Positions 7,342 to 16,076 of a stretch of 57,379 nt of DNA are shown one piece after another. Position numbers and translations under genes: made by a program. Under the pieces are notes generated by a model that saw only the letters and a program-made list of their open reading frames with translations, searched no databases and was not told the origin of the DNA. The stretch's first letter is position 1. The number at the start of each line of letters is the position of its first letter. The DNA comes from a candidate division NC10 bacterium RIFCSPLOWO2_12_FULL_66_18 (GTDB taxonomy: Bacteria; Methylomirabilota; Methylomirabilia; Methylomirabilales; 2-02-FULL-66-22), in NCBI GenBank assembly GCA_001771285.1, contig METI01000073.1, positions 1 through 57,379 on the forward strand, in the 5' to 3' direction.

Positions 7342-9396
7342 ATGGCTGACGCCGAACTCCTGCTGGCCGACGGCCGACGCGCTCGCGTGGCGGCCGGGCA
7401 GCCGATCCTCCCCACGCTCCAGTCGCTGGGGGAGCCGGCGGTGCGGTCGGCCGTGGCCGCCGCGTGGAACGGGCGTACTCTGGACTTCATGACACCCGTC
7501 CCGTCGAATGCGGCCCTCACACTGGTCCAGCCCGATTCGGTGGAGGGTCTGCAGGTGCTCCGCCACAGCACGGCGCACCTGATGGCGGCGGCGGTCCAGG
7601 TCCTCTTCCCGGAGGCCAAGTTCGCCATCGGGCCAGCCATCGAGGACGGCTTCTACTACGACATGGAGCTTCGACGGCCCCTGGCACCCGAGGATCTGCC
7701 GATCATCGAGGCCAAGATGCGGGAACTGGCGGCGCAACGGCTGCCGTATGTCCGCCGGGAGATGCCGCTTCCTGATGCGCTGGGATGGGCGCGCGAGAAC
7801 CGGCAGGATTACAAGGTGGAGATCCTGGAGACGATCCAGAAGTATGGGACCTCCCGGCCGGAGAGCCGCGAGCCGGGAACCGCGAGCCGCGAGCTGAGAG
7901 CCGAGGCCGGAGCGCCGAGCGCCGAGCGCCGAGAGGTTGAAGTTGAAGAACTCACGGGCGAGGTCGAGCCGGGGACGGCCACGGTGAGTTTTTACCAGAC
8001 CGGGACATTCGTGGACCTCTGTCGCGGACCCCACGTCCCGGATACCTCGTGGCTGACGGCCTTCCGCCTCACCCACATCGCCGGGGCCTACTGGCGGGGG
8101 GACGAACGGCGCCCGATGCTCCAGCGGATCTATGGGACCGCCTTCCACACCCAGGAGGCGCTGGAGCAGCACCTGTTCCGGCTGGAGGAGGCGCGCCGTC
8201 GTGACCACCGCCGCCTGGGGCGGGACCTGGACCTGTTCAGCGTGGCGGACGAGGTGGGCAGCGGGCTGATTCTGTGGCATCCCAAGGGTGGGATCATCCG
8301 CAAGATCATCGAGGACTTCTGGCGCGACGAACACCTGGCCAACGGCTACGATCTGGTGTACACCCCCCACGTGGGGCGGGCCAAGCTGTGGCAGAAGAGC
8401 GGGCACCTGGATTTCTACCAGGACCTCATGTATCCCCGGATGGAAGGGGAGGGCAATGACTATTACGTCAAGCCCATGAACTGCCCCTTCCACATCATGA
8501 TCTACCAGTCCAAAGTGCGGAGCTACCGGGACCTGCCCCTGCGATTCGCCGAGCTGGGGACGGTCTACCGGTTCGAGCGGGCCGGCGTGCTGCACGGCCT
8601 CCTGCGGGTCCGGGGATTCACCCAGGATGACGCGCACATCTTCTGCACCGCCGAGCAGATGGACGAGGAGATCACCCGGGCGGTGCGATTCAGCCTGTTC
8701 TTCCTCCGGACCTTCGGGTTCAAGGATTACGAGGTCTACGTGGCCACCCGCCCGGAGAAGTTCGTGGGCGAACCCGGGCAATGGGACGTGGCCACCGAGG
8801 CGCTGAAACGCGCGGCCGAGCGCGCCGGCCAGGTATACGAGCTGGATCCAGGTGGCGGCGCCTTCTACGGGCCCAAGATCGACATCAAGGTCAAGGATGC
8901 CCTCGGGCGTCCCTGGCAGTGCACCACGGTCCAGTTCGACTTCAATCTGCCCGAGCGGTTCGGCATCAGCTTCGTGGGCGAGGATAACCGCCAGCACCGG
9001 CCCTTCATGGTCCACCGGGCCCTCCTGGGCTCCATGGAGCGCTTCCTGGGCGTCCTGATCGAGCACTACGGGGGCGCCTTCCCGACCTGGCTGGCGCCGG
9101 TGCAGGTCCGGGTGCTGCCGGTAGCGGACCGCCATCATGAGTATGCGGCGAGCGTCGTCGCCCGCCTGCGGGCCGACGGCCTGCGGGGCGAGGTGGATAC
9201 CCGGAACGAGAAGATCGGCTTCAAGATCCGGGAGGCAGAGGTTCAGAAGATTCCGTACATCCCGGTGGTGGGAGACAAGGAAACGGCAGCGGGGACGGTG
9301 TCTGTCCGCCTGCGGGGCGGCCAGGATCGCGGCGTGATGCCCCTGGCGGATTTCGTCCACTCGCTGGCCACTGAGAGCAAGCCGCAGGCCGCCTGA
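7342..9396 (+). CDS. thrS: Threonine--tRNA ligase
   Basis: 684 aa. TGS domain, HSTAHL editing motif, DLCRGPHVP, class II core (FRNE-like, GFTQDDAHIF) and anticodon-binding C-terminus. Contains an in-frame low-complexity insert (see findings). Confidence 0.95.
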   Translation: MADAELLLADGRRARVAAGQPILPTLQSLGEPAVRSAVAAAWNGRTLDFMTPVPSNAALTLVQPDSVEGLQVLRHSTAHLMAAAVQVLFPEAKFAIGPAIEDGFYYDMELRRPLAPEDLPIIEAKMRELAAQRLPYVRREMPLPDALGWARENRQDYKVEILETIQKYGTSRPESREPGTASRELRAEAGAPSAERREVEVEELTGEVEPGTATVSFYQTGTFVDLCRGPHVPDTSWLTAFRLTHIAGAYWRGDERRPMLQRIYGTAFHTQEALEQHLFRLEEARRRDHRRLGRDLDLFSVADEVGSGLILWHPKGGIIRKIIEDFWRDEHLANGYDLVYTPHVGRAKLWQKSGHLDFYQDLMYPRMEGEGNDYYVKPMNCPFHIMIYQSKVRSYRDLPLRFAELGTVYRFERAGVLHGLLRVRGFTQDDAHIFCTAEQMDEEITRAVRFSLFFLRTFGFKDYEVYVATRPEKFVGEPGQWDVATEALKRAAERAGQVYELDPGGGAFYGPKIDIKVKDALGRPWQCTTVQFDFNLPERFGISFVGEDNRQHRPFMVHRALLGSMERFLGVLIEHYGGAFPTWLAPVQVRVLPVADRHHEYAASVVARLRADGLRGEVDTRNEKIGFKIREAEVQKIPYIPVVGDKETAAGTVSVRLRGGQDRGVMPLADFVHSLATESKPQAA

Positions 9397-9423
9397 TCCG
9401 GCGACCGCCGACCGCGGCTGGAG

Positions 9424-9942
9424 GTGAGGCCCATAAGTAAAGGCCTTCGCGTCAACGAGCGGATCCGCATCAAGGAAGTGCGGGTGATCAGTCCCGACGG
9501 GACCCAGCTTGGCGTCCTGCCCATCGAGCAGGCGCTCCAGACTGCCTACGGACTCCACATGGACCTGGTCGAGGTGGCGCCCGAGGCCCGGCCGCCCGTC
9601 TGCCGGATCATGGATTACGGCAAGTACCGGTACGAGCAGAGCAAGAAGGCGCGGGAGGCCAAGAAGAAGCAGACGATCATCGAACTCAAGGAGATCAAGC
9701 TCCGCCCGAAGACGGAGGAGCACGATTTCCAGTTCAAGGTGCGGCACGCCGACCGCTTCCTGAAGGAAGGGAACAAGGCCAAGATCACCATGATGTTCCG
9801 GGGACGCGAGGTGATCCGCATGGACCGGGGGAGGGCGCTGCTGAATCGGTTCGTGGAGGCCCTGAAGGACGTGGCCGTCGTGGAGCAACAGACCAAGGTC
9901 GAGGGCCGGAACATGACGATGATCCTGGCGCCGAAACACTAA
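9424..9942 (+). CDS. infC: Translation initiation factor IF-3
   Basis: VNERIRIKEVRVISPDGTQLGV...CRIMDYGKYRYEQSKK...IKLRPKTEEHDFQFK. The real start is probably the non-AUG ATA at 9433 (see findings). Confidence 0.9.
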   Translation: MRPISKGLRVNERIRIKEVRVISPDGTQLGVLPIEQALQTAYGLHMDLVEVAPEARPPVCRIMDYGKYRYEQSKKAREAKKKQTIIELKEIKLRPKTEEHDFQFKVRHADRFLKEGNKAKITMMFRGREVIRMDRGRALLNRFVEALKDVAVVEQQTKVEGRNMTMILAPKH

Positions 9943-9948
9943 CGACCG

Positions 9949-10042
9949 AATGACCAATGACCAATGAGCGATGACCAATGAGCGATGAGAGGCCGGATGC
10001 ATGTTCCTTCATTGGTCATTGTGAATTGGTCATTGGACATTC
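9949..10042. repeat. Intergenic short-period repeat hairpin (ATGACCA/ATGAGCG units)
   Basis: aatgaccaatgaccaatgagcgatgaccaatgagcgatgag ... cttcattggtcattgtgaattggtcattggacat. The arms are imperfect reverse complements. Confidence 0.6.
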
Positions 10043-10130
10043 CCGTGCGTTACTAACCATTGGCCGCTGGTGGTTCCGCTGGGCTGGTGGGGTGCGCGGC
10101 CAATCAACACAGCCATAGGAGTAGGGTTCC

Positions 10131-10328
10131 ATGCCGAAAATGAAAACGAACCGTGGTGCGGCCAAGCGATTCAAGGTCACCGGGACCGGGAAGCTGCGGC
10201 GCGCCCATTCCTCCAAGAGCCATCTGCTGACCGGTAAGTCCGGGAAGCGCATGCGGCCGCTGCGCAAGGAAACCGTGGTGCATCCCGCGGACGCCAAGCG
10301 GATGAAGGTTCTCGTTCCGTACTTGTAA
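10131..10328 (+). CDS. rpmI: 50S ribosomal protein L35
   Basis: [21 protein letters not shown]..., 65 aa, downstream of infC. Confidence 0.95.
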   Translation: MPKMKTNRGAAKRFKVTGTGKLRRAHSSKSHLLTGKSGKRMRPLRKETVVHPADAKRMKVLVPYL

Positions 10329-10424
10329 ACAGGCTGTTGGATCTGGGAATGGCGGATGTGAAGGTGCGAGTCGGACGTCGAAGGTCCGCATCGAGACGGA
10401 TGTAAGAAGCGAGGAGCACGGATC

Positions 10425-10784
10425 ATGCCACGTACAAAGGGTGGGTTCACGACACGCCAGCGACGGAACCGGGTCCTGAAGCAGGCGGAGGGGTACTGGG
10501 GGAAACGCAAGAATTGCTTCCGGAGCGCCCAGGAGGCGGTGGATCGCGCCCTGGCGTACAGCTACCGCGACCGGCGAAACCGGAAGCGGGATTTCCGGAA
10601 CTTGTGGGTGATCCGGATCAATGCGGCGGCGCGCCTGGCCGGCCTGTCCTACAGCCGCCTGATGGGCGGCCTCCGCAAGGCCGGCGTCACCGTGGATCGC
10701 AAGATGCTGGCGGATCTGGCGGTGCGGGATGCGGCTGCCTTCAACGCGCTGGCGGACTTGGCCAAGGCACAGGTGGCCGCGTAA
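10425..10784 (+). CDS. rplT: 50S ribosomal protein L20
   Basis: [26 protein letters not shown]...[24 protein letters not shown]. Confidence 0.95.
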   Translation: MPRTKGGFTTRQRRNRVLKQAEGYWGKRKNCFRSAQEAVDRALAYSYRDRRNRKRDFRNLWVIRINAAARLAGLSYSRLMGGLRKAGVTVDRKMLADLAVRDAAAFNALADLAKAQVAA

Positions 10785-10808
10785 CCCGCTGGATCGGTCC
10801 TTCCCGTT

Positions 10809-10838
10809 GCGCCCCGAATCCCTCGGGGCGCTTTTTTT
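10809..10838 (+). terminator. Rho-independent terminator after rplT
   Basis: gcgccccga-atccc-tcggggcgc followed by TTTTTTT. Confidence 0.75.
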
Positions 10839-10959
10839 GCCAAAGGCTGATCCCCATGATCCGAGTAACCACAGCTCCGAAGAGTGTGAGACAACGTTCG
10901 GTCACACCTCGTGAGTCTCGCTGGAGTCAAGGGGAGAGGCCGATTTTGGACAGTGGCGC

Positions 10960-11994
10960 ATGACAGACATTCCGCAAGCCCTGACGGTTCTGCAGGCCGA
11001 GGCATTGACGGCGCTGGAGGCCACGGCGGACGAGGCCGCCCTGGAACAGGTTCGGGTGCGCTACCTCGGCCGGAAGGGATCCCTGGCAGCGATCCTTCGC
11101 GGTCTGGCCGACCTGCCTCCGGCCGAGCGACCGGCTGTTGGGAAGCTGGCCAACGAGGTGAAGGAACGGCTGGAGGCGGCCCTGGCGGCCAGACGCGAGG
11201 CCCTTCAGGCAGCCGCCCGTGCGGCGGCGCTGGCAGCGGAGCGCGTGGACGTGACGCTGCCCGGGCGGCCGGTCCCCATGGGGCGCCTGCACCCCAGCAC
11301 GCAGGTCCTGCGGCGGATCTGTCAGATCTGGGGGGACATGGGGTTCCAGATCTATCGCAGCCGGGACATCGAGACCGAGGAGATGAATTTCGAGCTGCTG
11401 AATATCCCCGCGCACCATCCCGCCCGGGACATGTGGGACACCTTCTACACCATGGTGGATGGCATCCTGCTCCGGACGCATACGTCCCCTGGGCAGATCC
11501 GCGCCATGCGGGAGTTCTGTCCACAACCCATCCGGGTGATCCTGCCGGGGATGTGCTACCGCTACGAGCAGATCACCGCCCGGTCGGAGATCCAGTTCCA
11601 CCAGGTCGAGGGGCTGGCGGTGGGACGGCACGTCAGCATGACCGACCTGAAGGGGACGCTGATCAGCTTCGCCCATCGGATGTTCGGGGCCGTCCGGCGG
11701 GTGCGATTCCGGGCCAGCCACTTCCCCTTCACCGAGCCCAGCGCCGAGATGGACGTGGAATGCATGCTGTGCGAGGGGGCCGGCTGCGTGGTCTGCAAAC
11801 AGACCGGGTGGCTGGAAATCCTGGGCTGCGGCATGGTGCACCCCGAGGTCCTGCGAAACGGCGGCTATGACCCGGCGGTCTACTCGGGCTTCGCCTTCGG
11901 CATGGGCCCGGAACGTATCACGATGCTGAAGCACCGGATCGAGGACATTCGCTACTTCTGGACCAACGATCTTCGGTTCCTCGAACAGTTCTGA
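10960..11994 (+). CDS. pheS: Phenylalanine--tRNA ligase alpha subunit
   Basis: 344 aa. HPARDMWDTFY, class II motifs (FRASHFPFTEPSAE, GMGPERITML). Confidence 0.95.
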   Translation: MTDIPQALTVLQAEALTALEATADEAALEQVRVRYLGRKGSLAAILRGLADLPPAERPAVGKLANEVKERLEAALAARREALQAAARAAALAAERVDVTLPGRPVPMGRLHPSTQVLRRICQIWGDMGFQIYRSRDIETEEMNFELLNIPAHHPARDMWDTFYTMVDGILLRTHTSPGQIRAMREFCPQPIRVILPGMCYRYEQITARSEIQFHQVEGLAVGRHVSMTDLKGTLISFAHRMFGAVRRVRFRASHFPFTEPSAEMDVECMLCEGAGCVVCKQTGWLEILGCGMVHPEVLRNGGYDPAVYSGFAFGMGPERITMLKHRIEDIRYFWTNDLRFLEQF

Positions 11995-12045
11995 GGGGGG
12001 ATCGCCGTCCCGACGGCGCGGCGGTTACCCGCGGACCCACGACCC

Positions 12046-14532
12046 ATGCGCGTCCCGATCAGTTGGCTCAAGGAGTATGTGGACATCCCCCTGCCGGTGC
12101 AGGAGGTGGCCGAGCGCCTGACCTTCGCCGGGCTCGAGGTGGCCGACATTCAGACCATCGGCCTGCCGGGCAGCGCCTTGCCCTGGGATCCCGAGCGAAT
12201 CGTGGTGGGCGAGGTCCTGGAGGTCCGTCCGCATCCCGATGCGGATCGGCTGGTGCTGGCCACGGTGGAGTACGGGGGCGGCCAGCCCAAGACCGTAGTG
12301 ACGGGCGCCCCGAACCTGCGCGTCGGCGATACAGGCCACAAGGTGGCCTTCGCGCTGGAAGGGGCGCGCCACTGGGATGGCACCAGCCCCACGCCCGTCT
12401 CCAGCGTCCTCAAGGGACGAAAGGTCCGGGGGATCTACTCCGATGCGATGATCCTGTCGGAGAAGGAGCTGGGCCTCTCGGACGATCACATCGGCGTCCT
12501 GCTCCTGGATGCCATGGCGCCCGTGGGGATGCCGCTGGCGACCTACATGGGGGATGTGGTCCTGGACCTGGAGATCACCCCCAACATGGCCCGCTGTCTC
12601 TCCGTGCTGGGGGTGGCCCGGGAGGTCGCGGCGCTCACCGGCGGCAGGGTGCGCTATCCCCAGACTCGGATGCAGGCCGGAGGAGAGTCCATCGAGGGAC
12701 GGGTGGCAATCGCCATTGCGGACCCCACGCTCTGCGCCCGCTATGCGGCCACGCTGATCGCGGACGTCACCATCGGACCTTCGCCGGAGTGGATGCGCCG
12801 CCGGCTGCGGCTGGCGGGCATCCGGCCCATCAACAACGTGGTGGACGTCACCAACTATGTAATGCTCGAATGGGGCCAGCCGCTGCACGCCTTTGACTAC
12901 GACGTGCTGGTCCGTCGCGCCAAAGGGGTACCGCAGATCACGGTCCGCCCCGCCAAGACGGGCGAGCTGCTGACCACCCTGGACGGGGTGGTGCGCCCCC
13001 TCGCGCCCGAGCGGCTGCTGATCACGGACGCGGCGGGTCCCATCGCCATCGCCGGGGTGATGGGCGGGGCCGAGACCGAGGTCACCGACGCCACGCGGGC
13101 CGTCCTGCTGGAGGCGGCCAACTTCCACTTCGTCTCCATCCGGAAGACCACCCAGGCGCTGAAGCTCCCCAGCGAGGCCAGCGCCCGCTTCGGCCGGGGG
13201 GTGCCGCCTTCGGCGGCGGCCCCGGCCGCCCTGCGGGCCACGGAGCTGATGCGGGAGCTGGGGGGCGGGCGGATCGCCCGGGGCGTGGCCGACTGCTATC
13301 CGGCGCCCCAGGTCCCCTCCGTGGTCGTCCTGACCACCGACGAGGTGCGGCGCATCCTGGGCATGGATCTGTCCCGTGCCGAGATCGAGCGGATCCTCAC
13401 GGCCCTCGAGTTCCGCTGCGAGCCCCAGGGGGAGACGGGGTTATGCGTGACGGCCCCGGACCACCGGCTGGACATCGGGACCGGCGTGACGGGGGCGGCC
13501 GACCTCATCGAGGAGGTGGCGCGCATCCACGGGTACGATCGGATCCCCGTAACCGAAATGGCAGACCGGCTGCCGCCGCAGCGGGACATCGTCCCGCTGA
13601 ATCTGGAAGAGCAGACGCGGGACCTGTTGGCGGTCGCCGGGCTGCAAGAGGTCATCACCTACCGACTGACGACACCCCAACGCGAGGCACAGCTCACCCC
13701 GGGGAACGATTCGCCCGCGGAGCGGGCCTACGTCCGTGTGGCCAACCCCATCAGCGCCGATCGGGTGGTGATGCGGCAGTGCCTCCTGCCCGGCCTGTTG
13801 GAGGTCATGGCGCATAACGCACGGCTTCGGGATCGGCTCTGGTTCTTCGAGATCGGTCCGATCTATCTCCCCAGCGGTGCGACGAAGTTGCCGGCCGAGC
13901 CTCGGCGGTTGGCCATTGGGATGGCCGGGCGGCTGGCGTCGGCCTCCTGGCGGGATCCGGACCCGTCCCGCACCGACTTCTTCGACCTGAAGGGCGTGGT
14001 GGAGGCGTTGCTGCGCGGGCTCCACCTCGGGGCCGCCCGCTTCGAGCCGACCACGCATCCCACCTTCGCGCCGGGTCGGACCGCCCGGCTCATCGTCGAA
14101 GAGCACGAGGTGGGTTTCCTGGGGGAGGTCCATCCACAGGTGCGGGCGGCCTTCGACCTGCCGCCTGGGCCGGTCTGCCTGGCGGAACTCGACCTGGAAG
14201 AACTTCTCGCGCGCGTTCCACTGACCCATCGGGTGGCCCCGGTTCCCCGATTCCCTCCGGCGCTGCAGGACATCGCCCTCGTCGTCGATGACGGGGTGAC
14301 GGCGGCCGACCTCACGGCGGTCATCCGATCTGCGGGCGGGCCGCTGCTCGCGGACGCCCGGCTCTTCGACGTGTACCGGGGACAGCAGCTCCCATCCGGC
14401 AAGAAGAGCCTGGCCTTCTCCCTCGTCTTTCAGGCCGCGGATCGGACCCTGACCGATGCGGAAGTGGAGGCCGAGAAGCGCCGCATCGTCGAGGCGACGG
14501 CCCGCCGCCTGGGAGCGGAGCCCAGGGCCTGA
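12046..14532 (+). CDS. pheT: Phenylalanine--tRNA ligase beta subunit
   Basis: 828 aa. N-terminal MRVPISWLKEYV, tRNA-binding, B3/4, B5 and FDX-ACB regions recognisable. Confidence 0.95.
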   Translation: MRVPISWLKEYVDIPLPVQEVAERLTFAGLEVADIQTIGLPGSALPWDPERIVVGEVLEVRPHPDADRLVLATVEYGGGQPKTVVTGAPNLRVGDTGHKVAFALEGARHWDGTSPTPVSSVLKGRKVRGIYSDAMILSEKELGLSDDHIGVLLLDAMAPVGMPLATYMGDVVLDLEITPNMARCLSVLGVAREVAALTGGRVRYPQTRMQAGGESIEGRVAIAIADPTLCARYAATLIADVTIGPSPEWMRRRLRLAGIRPINNVVDVTNYVMLEWGQPLHAFDYDVLVRRAKGVPQITVRPAKTGELLTTLDGVVRPLAPERLLITDAAGPIAIAGVMGGAETEVTDATRAVLLEAANFHFVSIRKTTQALKLPSEASARFGRGVPPSAAAPAALRATELMRELGGGRIARGVADCYPAPQVPSVVVLTTDEVRRILGMDLSRAEIERILTALEFRCEPQGETGLCVTAPDHRLDIGTGVTGAADLIEEVARIHGYDRIPVTEMADRLPPQRDIVPLNLEEQTRDLLAVAGLQEVITYRLTTPQREAQLTPGNDSPAERAYVRVANPISADRVVMRQCLLPGLLEVMAHNARLRDRLWFFEIGPIYLPSGATKLPAEPRRLAIGMAGRLASASWRDPDPSRTDFFDLKGVVEALLRGLHLGAARFEPTTHPTFAPGRTARLIVEEHEVGFLGEVHPQVRAAFDLPPGPVCLAELDLEELLARVPLTHRVAPVPRFPPALQDIALVVDDGVTAADLTAVIRSAGGPLLADARLFDVYRGQQLPSGKKSLAFSLVFQAADRTLTDAEVEAEKRRIVEATARRLGAEPRA

Positions 14533-14643
14533 GCCCTCCCCCCGGACGCGGCTGGTGTCCTCACCCTCGCCTCCGGTGAAATCCCCCTTTACAAAGGTCT
14601 GGGGCTTTGGTAGGGTCTCGTTGGCCGTCACGGAGATGATCTG

Positions 14644-14937
14644 ATGGATGCAGTGCTCGAGCGACTCGCGGCCCTGGAAATGAAGGTCCGTGAGACGCTG
14701 GCAGAGTTGGAGCAAGCCCGACGCGGGCAGGCTGCCCTGGAGGCGAAGATCCAGGCCCTCGAGGCCGACCTCCGCGCCCGCGAGCAGGAGGTCGTGACCC
14801 TGCTGGCAGAGCGGGAGCGCGATGGCGCCGATCTGGCGCGCCTGCGCGCGGAGCGGGAGGAAGTCCGCGCGCGGGTGGAAGGGCTCCTGGGGGAGATCGC
14901 CCGTCTCGAGGCGGCCATGCAGGGGGTCGGCACGTAA
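14644..14937 (+). CDS. Coiled-coil protein, ZapB-like
   Basis: 97 aa, uninterrupted heptad-like Leu/Glu/Arg-rich sequence, immediately upstream of zapA. Confidence 0.45.
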   Translation: MDAVLERLAALEMKVRETLAELEQARRGQAALEAKIQALEADLRAREQEVVTLLAERERDGADLARLRAEREEVRARVEGLLGEIARLEAAMQGVGT

Positions 14938-14949
14938 GGGGGACCGGGG

Positions 14950-15246
14950 ATGACGGCCGGCGAGCGGACCACCGAGGTCGAGATCTTCGGAGAGCGATAC
15001 ACGCTCCGGGGAACCGACAGCCCCGAGTACCTCGCGCGGGTGGCGGAGTACGTGGACGGAAAGTTCCACGAGGTGGTCAAGGAGAGCCCCACACTCCCGC
15101 CTGCCAAGATCGCGGTGCTGGCGTCGCTCAACATCGCCGACGATCTGTTCAAGCGGGACGAGGCGCTCCGCCGGGCCGAACAGTTGGTCCTGGCCCGGAT
15201 CGAGGGGATTTTTCAACTGCTGCATCGCGGAGGCGTCGCCGGATAA
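14950..15246 (+). CDS. zapA: Cell division protein ZapA
   Basis: VEIFGERYTLRGTDSPEYLARVAEYVDGKFHEV...VLASLNIADDL is typical of ZapA. Confidence 0.8.
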   Translation: MTAGERTTEVEIFGERYTLRGTDSPEYLARVAEYVDGKFHEVVKESPTLPPAKIAVLASLNIADDLFKRDEALRRAEQLVLARIEGIFQLLHRGGVAG

Positions 15247-15344
15247 CCCGACGGGCGCGTCGGAGCGCGATCATCCTCGGCAGGGTGCGGCAGGGTGCGG
15301 AAAGGGCTTGCAACGGGGAACGGCCTGTGCGAGCGTGCGCAGCA

Positions 15345-15565
15345 GAGATCAGGGATACCGAGAACCCCTACCGTGCGCGTGATGCGGTAACTTTTTTTGA
15401 GCCAACACCCTCAGAACGGGGATCCCTCCGAGAACGTGGTGAGCAGGCCTGTCCGCCTCGGCGGAAGGGAAGCCTAAAGCGTTTGCGGGACCCCCACCTG
15501 GTTATCCAGGTTCAAACGAGGACCAGCACACGGCACAATGGTAGGGGTTGTTTCTTCTCTCGGCC
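15345..15565 (+). ncRNA. ssrS: 6S RNA (ends approximate)
   Basis: Closing stem aacccctacc (15363-15372) pairs with ggtaggggtt (15540-15549). Internal blocks ggtgagcaGGC..gtccg..gaagccuaaagcg..caccug..ccagguucaaa align by eye to the E. coli 6S blocks GGUGAGCAUGC / GUCCG / GAAGCCUUAAAA / CACCUUG / CAAGGGUUCAAG. Sits downstream of zapA as in E. coli. Confidence 0.65.
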
Positions 15566-15648
15566 GGTAGATCGTCCTTTCTGCGCCGCCAGCTTCAGGC
15601 TGTTCTGAATCCATCCAGCCCCTTTCTGTCCCGCCGGCACGTGTCTAT

Positions 15649-15780
15649 CCTCGCGCTCCGCGCAAATGCGCTTCGCGTGGCCTCGCGCTCCGCGCACGAT
15701 TGCCCTGCGCGTGCCCTAGCGCTCCACGTGGCCCGATGCTCCGCGTTATCTGAGAATTCGCACTGCTTCACGCTCCGTGT
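15649..15780 (+). repeat. Five spaced copies of a (C)GCTCC(G/A)(C/T)G motif
   Basis: GCTCC at 15655, 15687, 15721, 15738 and 15772. The first two lie in an exact 16-mer cctcgcgctccgcgca (15649-15664 and 15681-15696). Confidence 0.4.
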
Positions 15781-16076
15781 GGGTTGTCGCCCCGGGTCAT
15801 TCATCTTCCCGAGCGCGGTGAGCGCGGGCTCGGGGTGAGCCCTCCCGGGCGCGCCCTCCTGGGGCGTTCCAAACGGATCCTCTGGCCCTCGGATATTCCG
15901 CAGGGGACAAGAGGCACGACGGCAGGCCGGATCGTTCCGGGCCGCCCGCTGCGTCCAGCAACTCCCGGAACATGTCGGTCCGGTCCAGGATCGGATCGGG
16001 TGGATGGGAACGGGTCGGTCCCCGCGGGTGCGGGGGCGCGACCCCGTGAAGGCACAGGAGCGAGGGAGGGATTCCC

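Noticed and set aside
7075-10002. 975-aa ORF on the minus strand opposite thrS and infC
   Set aside because: It is a shadow ORF typical of high-G+C DNA. The translation is Arg/Pro/Leu/Gly-rich with no recognisable motif, while the + strand encodes unmistakable ThrRS and IF-3.
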